Assembly (NCBI GenBank): GCA_038496445.1
Contig: JALMLS010000220.1
Location: forward strand, 150,223-214,222
From: Trichosphaerium sp. ATCC 40318
Lineage: Eukaryota > Protista > Tubulinea
Length of the DNA: 64,000 nt
Direction: 5' to 3'
A program made the position numbers and the translations under genes. Shown in pieces: positions 44,763-58,509 of the stretch. The notes under the pieces were generated by a model. That model saw nothing but the letters and a program-made list of their open reading frames with translations. It was not told where the DNA came from and did not search any database. Numbering within the stretch: the stretch's first letter is position 1; each line of letters starts with the position of its first letter.

Positions 44763-45170
44763 CTATTGTTTGAAAGGTGAATAGATAAACGTAGTAGAAA
44801 CGCTCGGCAGTTGAGGTAGAATACTAATACCCAATGACTGAACATATCCCTTTGTTATACGGCTTTCATTGAAGAACATAATGAATTTGAGAGATTTCAG
44901 ATATTGCAAGCAATGGTTTGTTATGTTGTTACAATGAAAAAGAATGAAGTATTCTAGGTTTACCATGTGCTGTAATCCTTTGTTTGTTATCTTTTCGCAA
45001 TCCCACAGTAACAGTTGTTTAAGGTTTGTCATGCACTTGATTCCTTCATCAGTTATACAACTGCTTCCAAAAATAGCAAGGCTTTCAAGATTTACCAAAT
45101 GCCTCAAACTGTCATCTGTTATAATCAAGCGTGTACCCTGTCGTATAGTGAGATATTTAAGACTGTCAAT
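44763..45170 (-). CDS. LRR protein fragment (different repeat subtype); start not resolved
   Basis: Repeats ITDEGIKCMTNLKQLLLWDCEKI; no F-box found upstream. Confidence 0.55.
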   Translation of the reverse strand: MDSLKYLTIRQGTRLIITDDSLRHLVNLESLAIFGSSCITDEGIKCMTNLKQLLLWDCEKITNKGLQHMVNLEYFILFHCNNITNHCLQYLKSLKFIMFFNESRITKGYVQSLGISILPQLPSVSTTFIYSPFKQ

Positions 45171-45913
45171 ATAGAAGGACACAATAGGCAACAACAACAA
45201 TGGTGAGTAGCAACAATGAAAGTGCAATGCAAACACAACACAAACAGAATAATACAAGAATTTTTAGGGAAAAACAAATCCACAAAAGATGTAGGTACCA
45301 AAAACACCCTTAACGGGATTTAAATTCATCCAACACGCGTGAACAGCTGAAAAATGACATAGAACACTGTAAAGATGTGTAAGAGATGATGTATTGAAAA
45401 GATGTAGTGTATGACGTGTAATTTGTGAACTACCACAGTTGTAAAGAACCTAATTTCTATCACTCTTTCACGTGAAAGTAAAAGAAAGAAAATCAAGCTA
45501 TGATGTAAGCTTCCCTTCCCGTGTTTCGACGCTGTCACTACTGTATAAAATGTGTCAAGTGGTGCTAAAAAATAAAAGTCACCATTCTTCAACAAGTGGC
45601 ATTGTAGTACAGCGCCCTATGGTCTCATTGCACATGTTTTTTTTTTTGAAAGTTTTTTTTGTTGAGTAAGGAACAGTTACAGATTTATGTTAAACTCTGG
45701 TACAGGAACGTTATTTGTCCCATTTATGCCACGCTCGTAACAAACAGTTCGTCGTACATGCTTACCAGGGGTATCAGCTCTGTTGAGAGCGGTTTGCATG
45801 ACGCCTTTCCACGTGCTAAAAGAAATTACTATATTAAGAAAACCAGACCGTTAACTTGACTTGACAATATTACTGACGTCAACAACTGCAGACAAATACA
45901 AAAATTGCTAGTA

Positions 45914-47299
45914 ATGAACGTACTGACGCTCTTTATTTTGATTAGTACTATCAGCGCGCTCGCAAATGCTATTCCGGTGCCTTTTGGCACAGCAGTATCC
46001 GTGGGAACGCTTGGACACGAAGAACAAACCGTGTAATGCGCTTTTCTAAACTGATTTTTTCTAAACTGTTCAAATAGCTTCACGCATACTGTGCAAGGTT
46101 CGGATGGTGCTGCTGTCAGTCATTGGTGGATTACAGGACGTACGAACATTAGGAAAATTCTTCTGACTTTTTTTGTTTCAGCCCACGTGAACAATGCCAT
46201 TGTTCGATTTTACATTGATGACAATCCAAGTTTAACTATTGAGCTTATTGCTGACTTCTCCGTTGGCATTGGTTTCGGCGATAGCGAAAGTCCTTGGGGC
46301 ACTCAATTCATTGGAAAAGTACTGACATAAAAACGAACACTTTATTTATAACTGCTATTGTAGGGAGCAAAAGGTGGTGCAGTGTTTAATAGTACGTCTC
46401 TAGTTTGGTTGTTTTCTCCTGCTGATATTCTTGAAGATATCAGGATACCATTTACCTCCTCTCTTCGTGTCTCGGTTCAACAAGCTGCTTCGGATCCGGA
46501 GGGACAATTCTGGTTTATTGTTCGAGGCGCAGAGAACTTGCCTGTGCAAGTTGACGGGTTTAAATTACCTCCAAAGTACGTCACGTGATTTTTTTTTTAT
46601 GGAAGAATTTTCCTAGTAACATTACGTAGTTCTCACCTGAAAGTTTACAAAAATAATGGAACCTACAACCCATTAGAAAAGATAAACCTCGTACAGAGTA
46701 CATCATCGGGATTATTTTTCGCAGTTATGTTGTCTGTACAATCGGAAAACTTGCATTTCCTAGCAGTACGAACACAGTGGTTACCTGTGGGAGTTTTCGT
46801 TAGATACTCATACATTATTGGTAGGGTTGTCTTAGAGCTCATCTTGATGGTAGGCCGAAGATGCTCTTGAGGTAGGACGATGCTTTAAAAAACTTGAAAA
46901 AGCTAATTTGTTCGCTTCAGTTCTGGAACAGAGGATTATTTCGATTCAGCTTACTATTTTAATGGCGGTGGTTTCCATTTGCCAGTATCTGGTCTAACAC
47001 ACATCAATAGAGCAGCAGGTACGCACAGAATAAGAAGTAGTTGTTCTGACTATTGTGGAAGGTCAATCTGAAGTCTCAGCCTACAGATTTCACTACGAAG
47101 ACCCAATTGCTTGGAATAGCAATGGTACTATTGGTATGTAAATGGAGTTGTTATACAGTGACTAAATTTTATTGTAGTATGGAGAAACGGCGATACACTA
47201 GCACCTAATGGTCAGAAATGTATTGACGATGACGGAAAGCCAGCAGCAGCTCCTGCAAAGAGTCAAGTACTATCCTATGCTTATGTTTATGAATGGTAA
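45914..47299 (+). CDS. Secreted DUF2961-family protein
   Basis: Signal peptide; HWWITG, IVRFYIDD, RIPF, SSGTEDYFDSAYYF and SAYRFHYEDPI. Confidence 0.75.
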
Positions 47300-47907
47300 T
47301 AAACATGCTACTCAATGGACGTAACCGCCATGTGATTAAGCCTTTTAACTATTGCAATATTTCTCTTGTTTTGCTCATACTATGTCCACTTGCTCCAAGG
47401 TGCGTTAACCCAGAACAAAAGTGGAAAAGCGTTGGTAGATGAGTTAAGTCGTTAGTTAAGTGGAATTTCTGATTGAAACGCTATTTTTCTTATATTTGGC
47501 GATGTTACAACAAATTGTGCATACATCTTCTTTTTTGTTGGAAGAGCAGACTTGGGAACACTGTTTTCGTGTTTTATAAGCACAACAATTCTACAAGAAA
47601 TAAACCCAGTCATACATGGTGTAGTACAGTTCTCCGATTGGTTGGTACGAACATATTTATTGTAAGGTACCTAAGTCATACAATGAAGGACAACATTGTA
47701 ACACAAATAGTTCACATTGTGATAGATCTACACCTTTTGACAGAAGTGTCAGATCTTGCTAGATCTGCTAATCGTGCTAAAAACTCACTTTCTAGAAAAT
47801 ACTAGTAAAACTTGAATGAAACAGACAATAATATTCGCTTTATAAGACTCTAATATCTTCGTTGTAACTGTAAAAACATTCAAATTTGCTGTACAGTGGT
47901 AATAAGA

Positions 47908-48812
47908 TTAACAGTCCGGCCTTTTATCTTGATTATTGCTGATCCCTATAGATGCATCACCTTCTATTTTATCAACATGTATTGTACGCATGAACTCTTG
48001 TGGTTCTATAGGAGTATTTTGTGTTGTGTTTGCGTTGTCACTTTCATTGTTGAATGACTGCTGGGACATTTCACGCCTCAACAATTGTAAGTATTCTTGT
48101 GCATTTCGTTCTGGTTTCTGTATTGTTGATGCTTTGCATTCTCCTGAATTTTGTGCCCTTTCATATACGTGCCAGTTCAAAAACACTTGCAAGCAATTAG
48201 AAAACTACCTCCGAATCGGATATTTCTTTAAGTTACGTACTTGATGTGAACGAGTGGTTGCAATATTGAATATTTCTCATAATGGGAAAGTAGGCCCTAT
48301 GGATCAGTTAGAGCTATGTCGGCGTATGTTGACATACTCTGCAGCTTTTACCGCTCTTGTTAGTAACTCTTCAACTGTAGCTTCAACCTTGTACGTTAAC
48401 AAATCACTACACTGCTCCCTAGTGAAAGACTCGAATGTACGTAAATGAACACCAGAATGGTGGTGAGGATCAAAACGTATATGACAAATGAAGTACTGAG
48501 AAGCACCACCACCTATAAAAATATGCTAAACATGATATATTAGTTGAGACAATCAAGTAAAAAAAATCAATCACCTTGATTGATCAACGTACATCGGGTA
48601 ATGCTTTAGTACACATAATATCGTATTTACGTTGCGTATAGAGGTCAGGTAAAGAGTGCTTGCCTATAATTTGTTGTGAGAGGGTAACAACTTACGCTTT
48701 TTTTTTGAACAACAAAGAAACTATTGGAACTACCTCTAAGTGCATCGTATGTATTTAACAGTAGAGTTACACGATCACCTGTTTGTTTATTCGTGCTCAG
48801 ATATGATCCCAT
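47908..48812 (-). CDS. Hypothetical multi-exon protein, possible N-myristoylation (MGSYLS)
   Basis: GT-AG introns can join the pieces into one frame; the middle exons are ambiguous. Confidence 0.4.
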
Positions 48813-48950
48813 TTGTGTGTGGTTATAATTGTTTGATGTTTCAATCAATCAAGGTTGCTTAAAAACAGTTCAGAAAACAATTGGTGTTAAGTCTTGTTCT
48901 TTAGCTCACCTTTTAGCACGCGGAGGCCATTATATACGAGTAAACTCTTA

Positions 48951-50228
48951 ATGTCAAGGATATCTAGCAAGGACACGTACGTATTATCGATAATCGGCCG
49001 CAAGAAGGCGTATTTAACAATTACGTAGCCCAGTGTTAACGCTTATTGACCTACCAATCGAAATAGTGGTTTCAGTACTGGAAATATCCGACAGCCCGCT
49101 TATAATCAATGTAGCGCATACGTGTTCGTATATTTACACTGTTACCCACCGACACGTTGGATATGGAACAATTACGCCTCCTATTGAAGACTACGAACTC
49201 CTAAAAAACAGCCCACTACTTTTAAGAACAAAAATCGTCGTTGATACGCTTGCAGAGAGTGTACAAGTAGAAATGTTAGCTGGCGTCCGTTCAGTTTCAT
49301 TATCTGGATGTAAGAATATAACAGACAAGACAATAGAAGCACTTGCAGGCGTCCATAAGATCTCCCTTCATGGTTGTTCTCAGATAACTGATAAAGCGGT
49401 AAAGGCACTCTCTGGTGCCCATAAGGTGGATCTAAACAAGTGCTACAATATTACAGACGAAGGTCTCAAAGCATTAGCAGGAGTACATACTTTAAGTATT
49501 TGGAAGAACGAGAATATAACATCAAAAGGTATTTCAGTTCTTAAAGGAATACATGAATTAAATCTTTGGGATTGCACTGAAATAGATGATGATGGTATGA
49601 AGGGTATATCTGGTGTACATACTATTGATATTGAAGGTGTCAATAGCACTGATGAAGGTTTAGACGCTTTAAAAGGTGTTTGTACTATTGACATACAAGG
49701 TAATACAAAAATAACTGATCAAGGTCTTTCAGCGCTTTCTGGTGTTCAAGATATTAATCTATCATCTTGCACAAGTATTACCGATAATGGTATACAATAT
49801 CTAGGAGGTGTTAAAAGTATTAATCTGTGTAATATCAAGTGTATCACTGATAAGAGTTTAAAAGCATTAAGTGGTGTAGATAGAATTGAGTTATCAGGTT
49901 GTGATAAAGTTACTGATGAAGGTGTTAAAGCTCTTGCTGGTGTTACATTTATAAACTTGGTTCGTTGCTCTCTTGTAACAGATGAAGGTATTAAAGCTCT
50001 TGCTGGTGTCAAAACTGCTTATTTAAAAAGATGTGTAAAGTTGACTGATGTTGGTATTTCTGCTTTGGCCGGTGTTAGGTGCTTGGTATACAGTTTTGTG
50101 TATTAGTTACAGATAAAGGTGTACGAGCATTGAAGGGTATTAAAGCTTTGTATCTAGAGGGGTGTGATCAGGTATCTAATGAGGCTATTAATAGTCTCAC
50201 AGGTTCAATTTGTAGAAGAAATTTGTGA
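48951..50228 (+). CDS. F-box/LRR protein, paralogue D, with a 1-nt frameshift near the 3' end
   Basis: Exon 1 MSRISSKDT, intron 48977-49028, LIDLPIEIVV; LRRs continue in a shifted frame after about 50085 to TGA at 50228. Confidence 0.85.
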
Positions 50229-50469
50229 AAAAGTAAGTAACAATAAAGCTGCTTTGATTCAAAACAATTAATCAATTTTGTATAAGAATCTTTAAATAAA
50301 AGTCCTCTGAGATACGACAAGTGGCATTAAGGGAGTACTTACGTTGTACAGACATCAAAAGTAGAACACGTGATGATAATGTCGACTGTCATAATGAATG
50401 GTAGTCATGAAACAGTTTGACTTTGAACATGCTTGCAAAGAACGAATTTATATTCAATAAGGTAAGCAC

Positions 50470-51278
50470 ATGTCACAAAACCCAAGAGAAACCGCCGTAA
50501 GTGTTCGAGCAATCGTTTTACCAAAAAGAAAGCAGTAGACATAGAACAGGACATATTCGACCTTGTAGCGCTCCCAGTTGAAGTAATAGTTTATATTCTT
50601 AAATTTGGGACGTTTACACTGCGTTCAGCACAAACCTGCCACCGCATACATGATATCGTACACAAACACGTTGGATATCGTAAAATCAATGTTAAAACTG
50701 AAGACGAAGTTATAATTCTTGACAAGAGTCCGCTACTTCAGAATACAGCTATTTCTTTGCGTAAGTTTAAAGTAAATGACGGTCACTTGCATTTGCTTGC
50801 AGGCGTGCACACTATCGATTTGCACGCTTGTAAAAGAATTACAGATGACGGTATAGAGGCATTGGCTGGTGTGCATCAAATTGATCTTGGTGGTACTAAT
50901 GTTACAGATGAAGGTTTGAAGGCATTAGCAGGAGTACATACAATCATTTTGATGTATTGCGAATCAATAACAGATGAAGGTATTAAGGCACTAGTTGGTG
51001 CACACAAGATTGATTTGGCATCTACCAATGTAACAGATGAAGGTTTAGAAGCGCTAGCTGGCATACACACTATCAGCTTGTATTTCTGTGACTATATAAC
51101 AGATAAAGGCATCAAGGCATTGGCTGGTGTGCATCAGATTGATCTCGGTGGTACTAATGTTACAGATGAAGGTTTGAAGTCATTGGCTGGAGTGCATACC
51201 ATTGAGCTGATGTATTGTGAATTAATAACAGATGAAGGTATTAAAGCGTTGGCAAGTGCCAATACAATTGAATTGTAA
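50470..51278 (+). CDS. F-box/LRR protein, paralogue E (short, internal duplication)
   Basis: Exon 1 MSQNPRETA, intron 50497-50549, LVALPVEVIVYIL; LRRs; decayed repeat remnants follow the stop. Confidence 0.82.
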
Positions 51279-51610
51279 ATATAACACATGAAGGCATTGT
51301 TACGTGTCCATAGACTAGATAGCACATAATGTCTATACAGACAATAAGGAGGCATGCAATGACTGTTTTATAGAACAAGAAAGTTCACACAAAACAAAGC
51401 TCTTCAACATTAATGGAGCTGAATAAATTTTGTTTTGTTCTGTTTTTAAACGTAAGGTTGTTAAAGATACAAAACTGGAATCTATAAATACAACTTCTCT
51501 TACAGCAAAAGTATTAATACTTGTCCTCAAAATGACAGCTTTAATTTGTTGAAAACTAACAACTTTTTGGAATTTTATTGAGATACCTTCTGTACCGTTA
51601 CGCGTAGCGT

Positions 51611-54600
51611 ATGGCAGAGTCAATTACTCTTTCAAATGTTGTTCTAGGTTCCCCAAAGCCCAGTAAAGTACTACATGTCATTTTACATACGTTACATTGT
51701 AATCAAACGGACAGGAAGAATACTCGAACGAGGATGTATCAATTGAGTCTGAAGATGAAACGAGGGAGCCTATTGGCGTCACAAAAGCTGCTTCAGATAC
51801 CATAGACGCGCGAGGAGTACGTTTATTGTAAAATTAGTTTTAATGTGACGCAAATAAGTCTCCGCAAGTTCCAGTGCTCATACAAGGCGATCAAGTACAT
51901 TTTCCAAAGGTATTGTTGAAATGTAGAAATATTTGACAGTTCATCCCTCAGTAGATGCCTACGAAGGATAAGGCGCCTCACACACGCATCGCAAAGCTTG
52001 TACGACCTATTGACAAAACAAAAATGTTTAACATATTTTCTCAGCGCGGAAAGTCTGGTCAGGTTGTTTATAATTGCTTGGTGGCTAAAACAGCGCTCAT
52101 TTTACCATTTTGGGTACGTTTTCATGACTTACAAGCAAGAATTTGTTTCAACGGAAAAACACTGACAACATTTTCAATAGTGGTCTACAAAACCTCAAAC
52201 TGCACACTTGCACGATCATGCACAAGCGATATTGAAGCGTAAGATTACAGATGCTAAAGGACAGGAGCTATCACTATGGAAGCAAGACTACACGTTACCA
52301 CCAGAGGTAGCAGATATGGTACAATAAAAAAACACTACATAGAGCCTTACACTGTTGCTAGTACCCACAGTTTCGGGATTTGGTTGGTTGGACTTACCCA
52401 CGGAATCGCTCAGAACTTGACAGCAGTAGAGCAGGACGCTCTTATGGTCTACCTGATCAATCACGTGAGAAAACTTCCTTTTTTTTTTGTAATACAGGAG
52501 TAATTAAACTGTTGTATCTAATGTTGTTTAGCATCATCTCGCTCATGGCTAAAATGTAAGGTAACAAAAAAAGCGAAAAACATGCTTTTCCCAGATCCTA
52601 GACTAGAAGCTATATCAGGTTCAAGTAACAAGAAAGGTACTAATACGGTAAACAAAGAAGGAAGGCAATTTTTCTTACTTTTTTCTATGACAGTACAATG
52701 CAGAGTAACTTTTGATTCAATTGAACTTGTGATGTTTCCTTTTGGTACTGCTGTTTTAGTATTCAAGCTCAACTTGTTACCAAAGAACCAATCGTACGTG
52801 AAGGTATTTTTTTTACAGCCAAAACGTTTTTTTGGAATTTATAAAAAAGACCACTTCTCTGACGTCAAACTCTTCATGCTTACCAATATTAAGGATGGCC
52901 TTACACCATTTGACAACATGGCTTTATCTTACAAAGTTCAGACACTCCCTAAAAGGAGTATTCAGAGGTTGGCAGTTTGGTAAAGATTTCTCTTATAGTA
53001 AAACAACACCGTGAGTGCTATCCACGTTTAATCCCAGTCACGAGCTAAGCAGTTTTTTTAGCGACCCGGGATACTGGCGTAATAAATATCCTGTAGAGCA
53101 TTGGCAATGCCTAGGAAGTAAACTAGCACGCTGCTTGTAAGTATAATCGAAAAAACACCAGTCCTAATATAGAGTCCTTCTTATTCCGTTATTATTCACC
53201 CCACACTTAGGTATGAAGATGAGTATCTATCCTTGAGTACAATTAGCAATTGGCTTGTTATGCCTGGTGGCGGAGATCCTAATAAGTAAGAACATAATTT
53301 GATAGCTTATACTTTCTTGTTTTTTTCGTATTTTAATGTAAGGTCTCACTTAAAATAGTCCTATACCATATCTTGGTGTTGACGGATTTCGTTGTTACCA
53401 CCATGCAGCTATAGTCGTTGACCAACAGATTGAATCAGAAGATTTAAAATTATATTTATTTTACTTGAGAAGGGGTTACGGTAAGTGCTGATGAAGTTTC
53501 AATATTACTTTTATGTTTGGGTGTTTGAATTCTCACGTATAATTTAAAGGACAACGTAACAGACCTCCTGGAGATGAGTATAATATAGGTATAGATAAGA
53601 CAATACATGTAAGAGCAAACAGGCAAGTCAAATCATGATTTATTTACTTCAACAAAAACTTACTATTTCTGTATTAGATATGTAAGTATAGCTCGAGAAG
53701 GCAAGTAATAAAACTGGCAATAGAAATGTGAATGCATTCAAACACTTTTTCTTACTATCAAACTAGGTACTGTGAGTGTATCATGGGAAACACAAAATAC
53801 GAAAAGAGGATTTGAAGTAAGAAAGTGGCCTGGTCAGTTTCTTGGTATCTTCCTACTTCTGGCAATACACGCTCATGGAGGTACTTTCCATTACCCAACA
53901 AATCAAGTTGTGTACCTCTTTATTTAAAGTTAAACCCAACCGAAATCCCAGAGAGCCAAAAGGAGATTTACTAAGTTTGACTTGATCAACTTAAAGTTTT
54001 CTTTTCTTATAGCTAATGGGTTCGTTTAGAGCGATCTGTATTGAATTCTCTATCATATATCACTTCAAAGTCTTCGTCGCTTTTGGGAAAACTTAATAAT
54101 TCCCCAACAATAGAAATAATTGATTCAGTAAGAGGAGAATTGGTAAGAATCAATATAAAACAGAAACCACCAATTAACAAAATATTATTAAGCTGTCTTT
54201 GGCTACAACAATGACACGTTATACTCTTGCTATTAGTAATGATGATTGTGGTGGAGCTACTGAATACTTAGAATTCTCTCAAGCGCTACGTAGTGTACGT
54301 CAATTTTTCCAGTAAACTCAAGGCGTTGGGGGTTTTTTCTTATTTAATTCTGTTTTACAGATTTATTTAATCGACAAACAACGAAAAGAGCTTGGAACAG
54401 AGATTCGTGATGTACTTGATATAATTGAATTAAATCATTTGGAAGAAGAAAGGCGTCTTAGAAGAGAAGAGAAGCAGAGTAAACTGGCAAAATCATCAAG
54501 ACAATGGTGCTTTGATATTTCTATTGCAGTACGTGTCAAAGACACTCTTCTGTCATCCTTCATGCTTGCTTTGGGCCTTTTTTACTTCTCAGGCGAATAG

Positions 54601-55066
54601 TAATTTAACCACATGAGTATCTTGGGTAGTAAACCAACACTCTGTGTTTGAGTGGCTTCCAAAGCTCACCTTTCTATTTTTCTTTGTTGGTATTTTGACT
54701 TACTGAGAATTTACTAGGTTGGTACTTCTGTGTTTTTGCCGTTAGCTATTGTATCTGGAATATTTGGAATGAACAATAAGGATGTACCAATAAGTTGGTC
54801 ATTCTGGAGTTGTATTGGAACATCAATTGCGTTCTCTGTTGTGCTGCTAGTAACATTTTTGATTTTGGCTTGCCGGTACGAAATCCAAACCAGTTTTCAT
54901 TTGTTGGCTGGTTTTTTAACTTAGAACTAGTGTGAAGCATAATGAAAGTTCATGGCGCGGGTTAGTTCCAAGATCCCTGGGCATGAATAGGCGTAAAAGA
55001 GTATCAGGGAATATAGCAATGCGTCAACAAGATAGAGAGCATAACATGTACAATATACACATTTAG
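51611..55066 (+). CDS. CorA-like divalent cation transporter domain protein
   Basis: C-terminal VFLPLAIVSGIFGMN signature followed by a second TM helix, preceded by a coiled stalk; many short introns. Confidence 0.75.
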
Positions 55067-55313
55067 ATCACAAAGAACACAGTTTAACCGTTCCAGTAAC
55101 GTGATTATATGCTCCTAATGTCCTTTTCACTAATGTCTATGGGGGGCTATTGTAGGATAATAGTGCAGTATGTTCTACTCGAGATAACGAACAAGGTGAC
55201 TTGACGTTTTGTTTCTCAGGTTGAATGTAACCTTAATGTCACTAAGTGAGGGTATTTCATTTTGTTCTCGAGACTGGCTTCTTCTTGCACTTCTGCGTAA
55301 GATTAGTTTATAA

Positions 55314-56792
55314 ATGGCAGAACCGAGGAGCTGGCAGTCGGGTTTAGGTGCCCTTAAAGTAAGTACAACCAAAACAGCGTTACTTACTCCACAAAAAGGC
55401 TTCTGTTCAAGAACGACACCTAATAAAGCTTGAAAAAGCTGGTTTTGGGACAATTGAATCAATAGCGCATTCTAGTCCTACAAGACTATGTCAAATTAGA
55501 GGATTCTCTTCAAGACTATCAGAATTTATATTTGCAGAAGGTAAGGTGTTATATAAAGTGGTTAAAACGTTAAAACAAGAAAATGAATTCTGTGAAACAC
55601 GAAAGAAACGTTTCTTTTACATTTTATTTTACGCTTGTTGATGGACGCAACTTGTAATATTTTGGCTCCATAGCGAGAAAGATATGCCGTCCTATTGGTA
55701 AATTTGCAGAAGATGAAAATGTCATTCGTGTCACGTGAGTTGGGACTATTCGTATAAAATTCCTACCAAAAAAACAAAAAAAAATTGTTGTTAGGAGTGG
55801 GTTACGCTGTATCGACTACTATGTTTCAGGAGGTTTCAAAGTAGGCGAAATACTGGAAGTACTAAGTGAAAATCCTCACAAGAGGATGCTACTTGCACAT
55901 CAATTATGTATAACATGCCAGGTATGTCAACACAAAAAAGGACCAATAAAAAAAAAAAAGGAAGCTAAAATAGAAGTTTATATTTTTCTAGTTACAGTCA
56001 CGTGAAGGTGGTATCAACGCCAAAGCAATGTGCGTAAAGTTTAGAGTTATATTTTAATCATTCAAAAAAGATACGTTGATTGTAATAAAGAGATGAATGT
56101 GGATACGTCATTGTTAAGAAGACTTGCTCGGAGGTTTAACTTAAACGAACTTAAAGCACTTGATAATATTGCTGTGGCACATGTACAGCATTTCGACCAT
56201 GTTGTAGCTTCTCTAGACAACGTAAACAGTTTGCTATCTATACATGAGATCTAACAATTAAAAGGTACCTTCGATGTGTTCTGTTGAAGAATATAGTGTT
56301 TTGGTACTTGATAATTTTATTGGTTTGCTGAAATCAGAATACTCTGGTACAGATCTGTATACCAAATACCGTCTATTTAACATCTTATATAGGACGAAGT
56401 GAACTTGGTCAGAGAGCAACAGTATTATCAAGAAGTTTACGGAAGTTGTTAAACATTGCTACAGAGTTCAATGGTTGCTCTTTTTTTTTCTTTCAGTTTT
56501 TATCTCGCAACTAGTTTTCTTATTACTTTCTTACTTCTTTTTGAAAGTTCTTGTTGTGATAGCTGATCAACTTATCCAACATCCAAATATGAGAGGTGTT
56601 ATTGGAGGAAATTACTTGGCACATGCAAGGGGAATGCGGTAAGCAACTTAGGTATTTTGTTAACTTATCATTGGTTTTACAAGGTTACTATTAACAGAAG
56701 AGCTTAACGGAATGACTGGGCTAAAAGCAATGGGTAATAGGTCTCATGATGAGAAAATAACTATCCATGCTACAGATTCAGGATTTTATTAA
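55314..56792 (+). CDS. Divergent RAD51/DMC1-like protein with degenerate Walker A
   Basis: KLEKAGFGTIESIA (HhH domain), GGFKVGEILEV, HQLCITCQL..EGG..KAIYVD, LDNIAVA, YSGRSELGQR and IGGNYLAHA are colinear with RAD51; absent from the ORF track because of introns. Confidence 0.88.
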
Positions 56793-57106
56793 TTGCAGTG
56801 AAGCGAGAAATCAACCTTTTCTAGAACATGTAAATAAACACCTCAACAATGAATGTCATCATTACTCATACATAACCTACACCCTTTTCATCCCTCACAG
56901 ATGGGTGCTAACATGTAACTAAAACAGTTTTACTAGTTAACACTGCACACTCGGATTATCTTCCCAACGTCGACCACTTGAATGCTCAATTGTTGATAGA
57001 AAAAAGTAGACTGGACAGATTTCTGCGTGTCATTTTAAACGGTAAACAAAAGCGTCTAATTCCGTTTGTATTGTCTTGTTGAGGTGAAGCATTGTATATA
57101 AGCAGT

Positions 57107-58509
57107 ATGGCATGGCGGCTAGGCTTGTCAAGTAGAGTACGAACGAAAGCGACAAAAAGCTCGCGTTGTGCTAAGAGGAAATACCACATTGATGTCTTGG
57201 GGTCAAATACGGACGAAAATATGATTATATGTGACCCTAAAAGCGAAAAAGTTTTAAAATACAGAAAACAACGCCTAGAGGAGTCCAAAGAGAACTTGAC
57301 ATCACAACTTGGGTAATTAATGCAAACTAAATGTTTTTCGTTCTACAAGCGCTTAACTCACTCACGTACGCACTAGACGCGTAGAAAGTGACCCAGAAGA
57401 CGTATTACACCAACAGATAATGAACGTATTGAAAGTAACAGTCGTCAAGGAAATACTCAAAGCGGATATGTACGTTGATATACACAGCTACTAGTGTACG
57501 TTACGCCTGACGCATTAAGCGTAGAATGAGAGCGTTAACTTTAAATGAAAATCATCTGGCAGTATTTGTTGATCAAGGTGTACCTACAATCCCAGTGTTC
57601 TCTGATGCCCTTTACGTTAAGAAATTCAGAAGAGACTACCCACACGTTGAGGTAGATAAAAAAGATTACCAGTCATCTGGACAAGGCATCGTACAGAGCC
57701 TTGTTTCTCACCATGAAAATCCATACTTATACCTTGACAACGAGTTTAAAATACCGGTAAGTAAGGGAGAATTCTGGATCACAATGAAAGTTTTTCAAGC
57801 AAAAAAAAACTTTGTCAGAAACTTTTTTTTTCGCTTGTTCTTCTTTTTTTTAGCTGATTGTCGCTCTAATACACGTTTTTATTAGTTGGATAAAGATAAG
57901 TACTTACAAGCACAGAGATCATCATCTTTAGAGCGTATGATAGCGTATATGCCTCTTACCGTACGGCGGAGAAACTCATTTTGTATTTCACAAAAAAACA
58001 GTTCTCAAACAAATCTTATTTTATGTTGTAAGAAAAATCACACTTTGTATCAATTTTCCGCTCTTTCCTCACTTTATAATTGTTCGCTGTTTATATTTTG
58101 CGTAGAAGGATGAAGAATCAAGGTCTTTAATACGAGAATGGTGGAAACTGTTAAGAGATATTGATCACCTTTTTTTTACACGTCAGGAGTATGTTCAGGA
58201 TACATCTAAGGGTCTAAGGGTATTTACATCGGATGTTTATATGCCGCTGGAAAAGTCAGACGAAGAAGAATTTGTTGCTTCTGGAGGTACACGAAATTGT
58301 CATCAAGTGGTACCAGCGCCTTACACGTTTATCCTATAGTCGAAAAAGTACTAGAGGATTGCGTTTCAAAGGGATGTGATCTAAAAATCAACTACTTTTC
58401 AGATGCTAACAAAGCTGCTCTTTTAAACCAGCTAGAACCAGATATTGTTAGTGTTACTGTTACATGTGATGAGTGTGCTAAAATGTTGGATGCAAGGCCT
58501 CAGGATTGA
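57107..58509 (+). CDS. Hypothetical protein with mitochondrial-presequence-like N-terminus
   Basis: R/S/K-rich N-terminus lacking acidic residues; exons joined by GT-AG introns; family not recognised. Confidence 0.55.
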
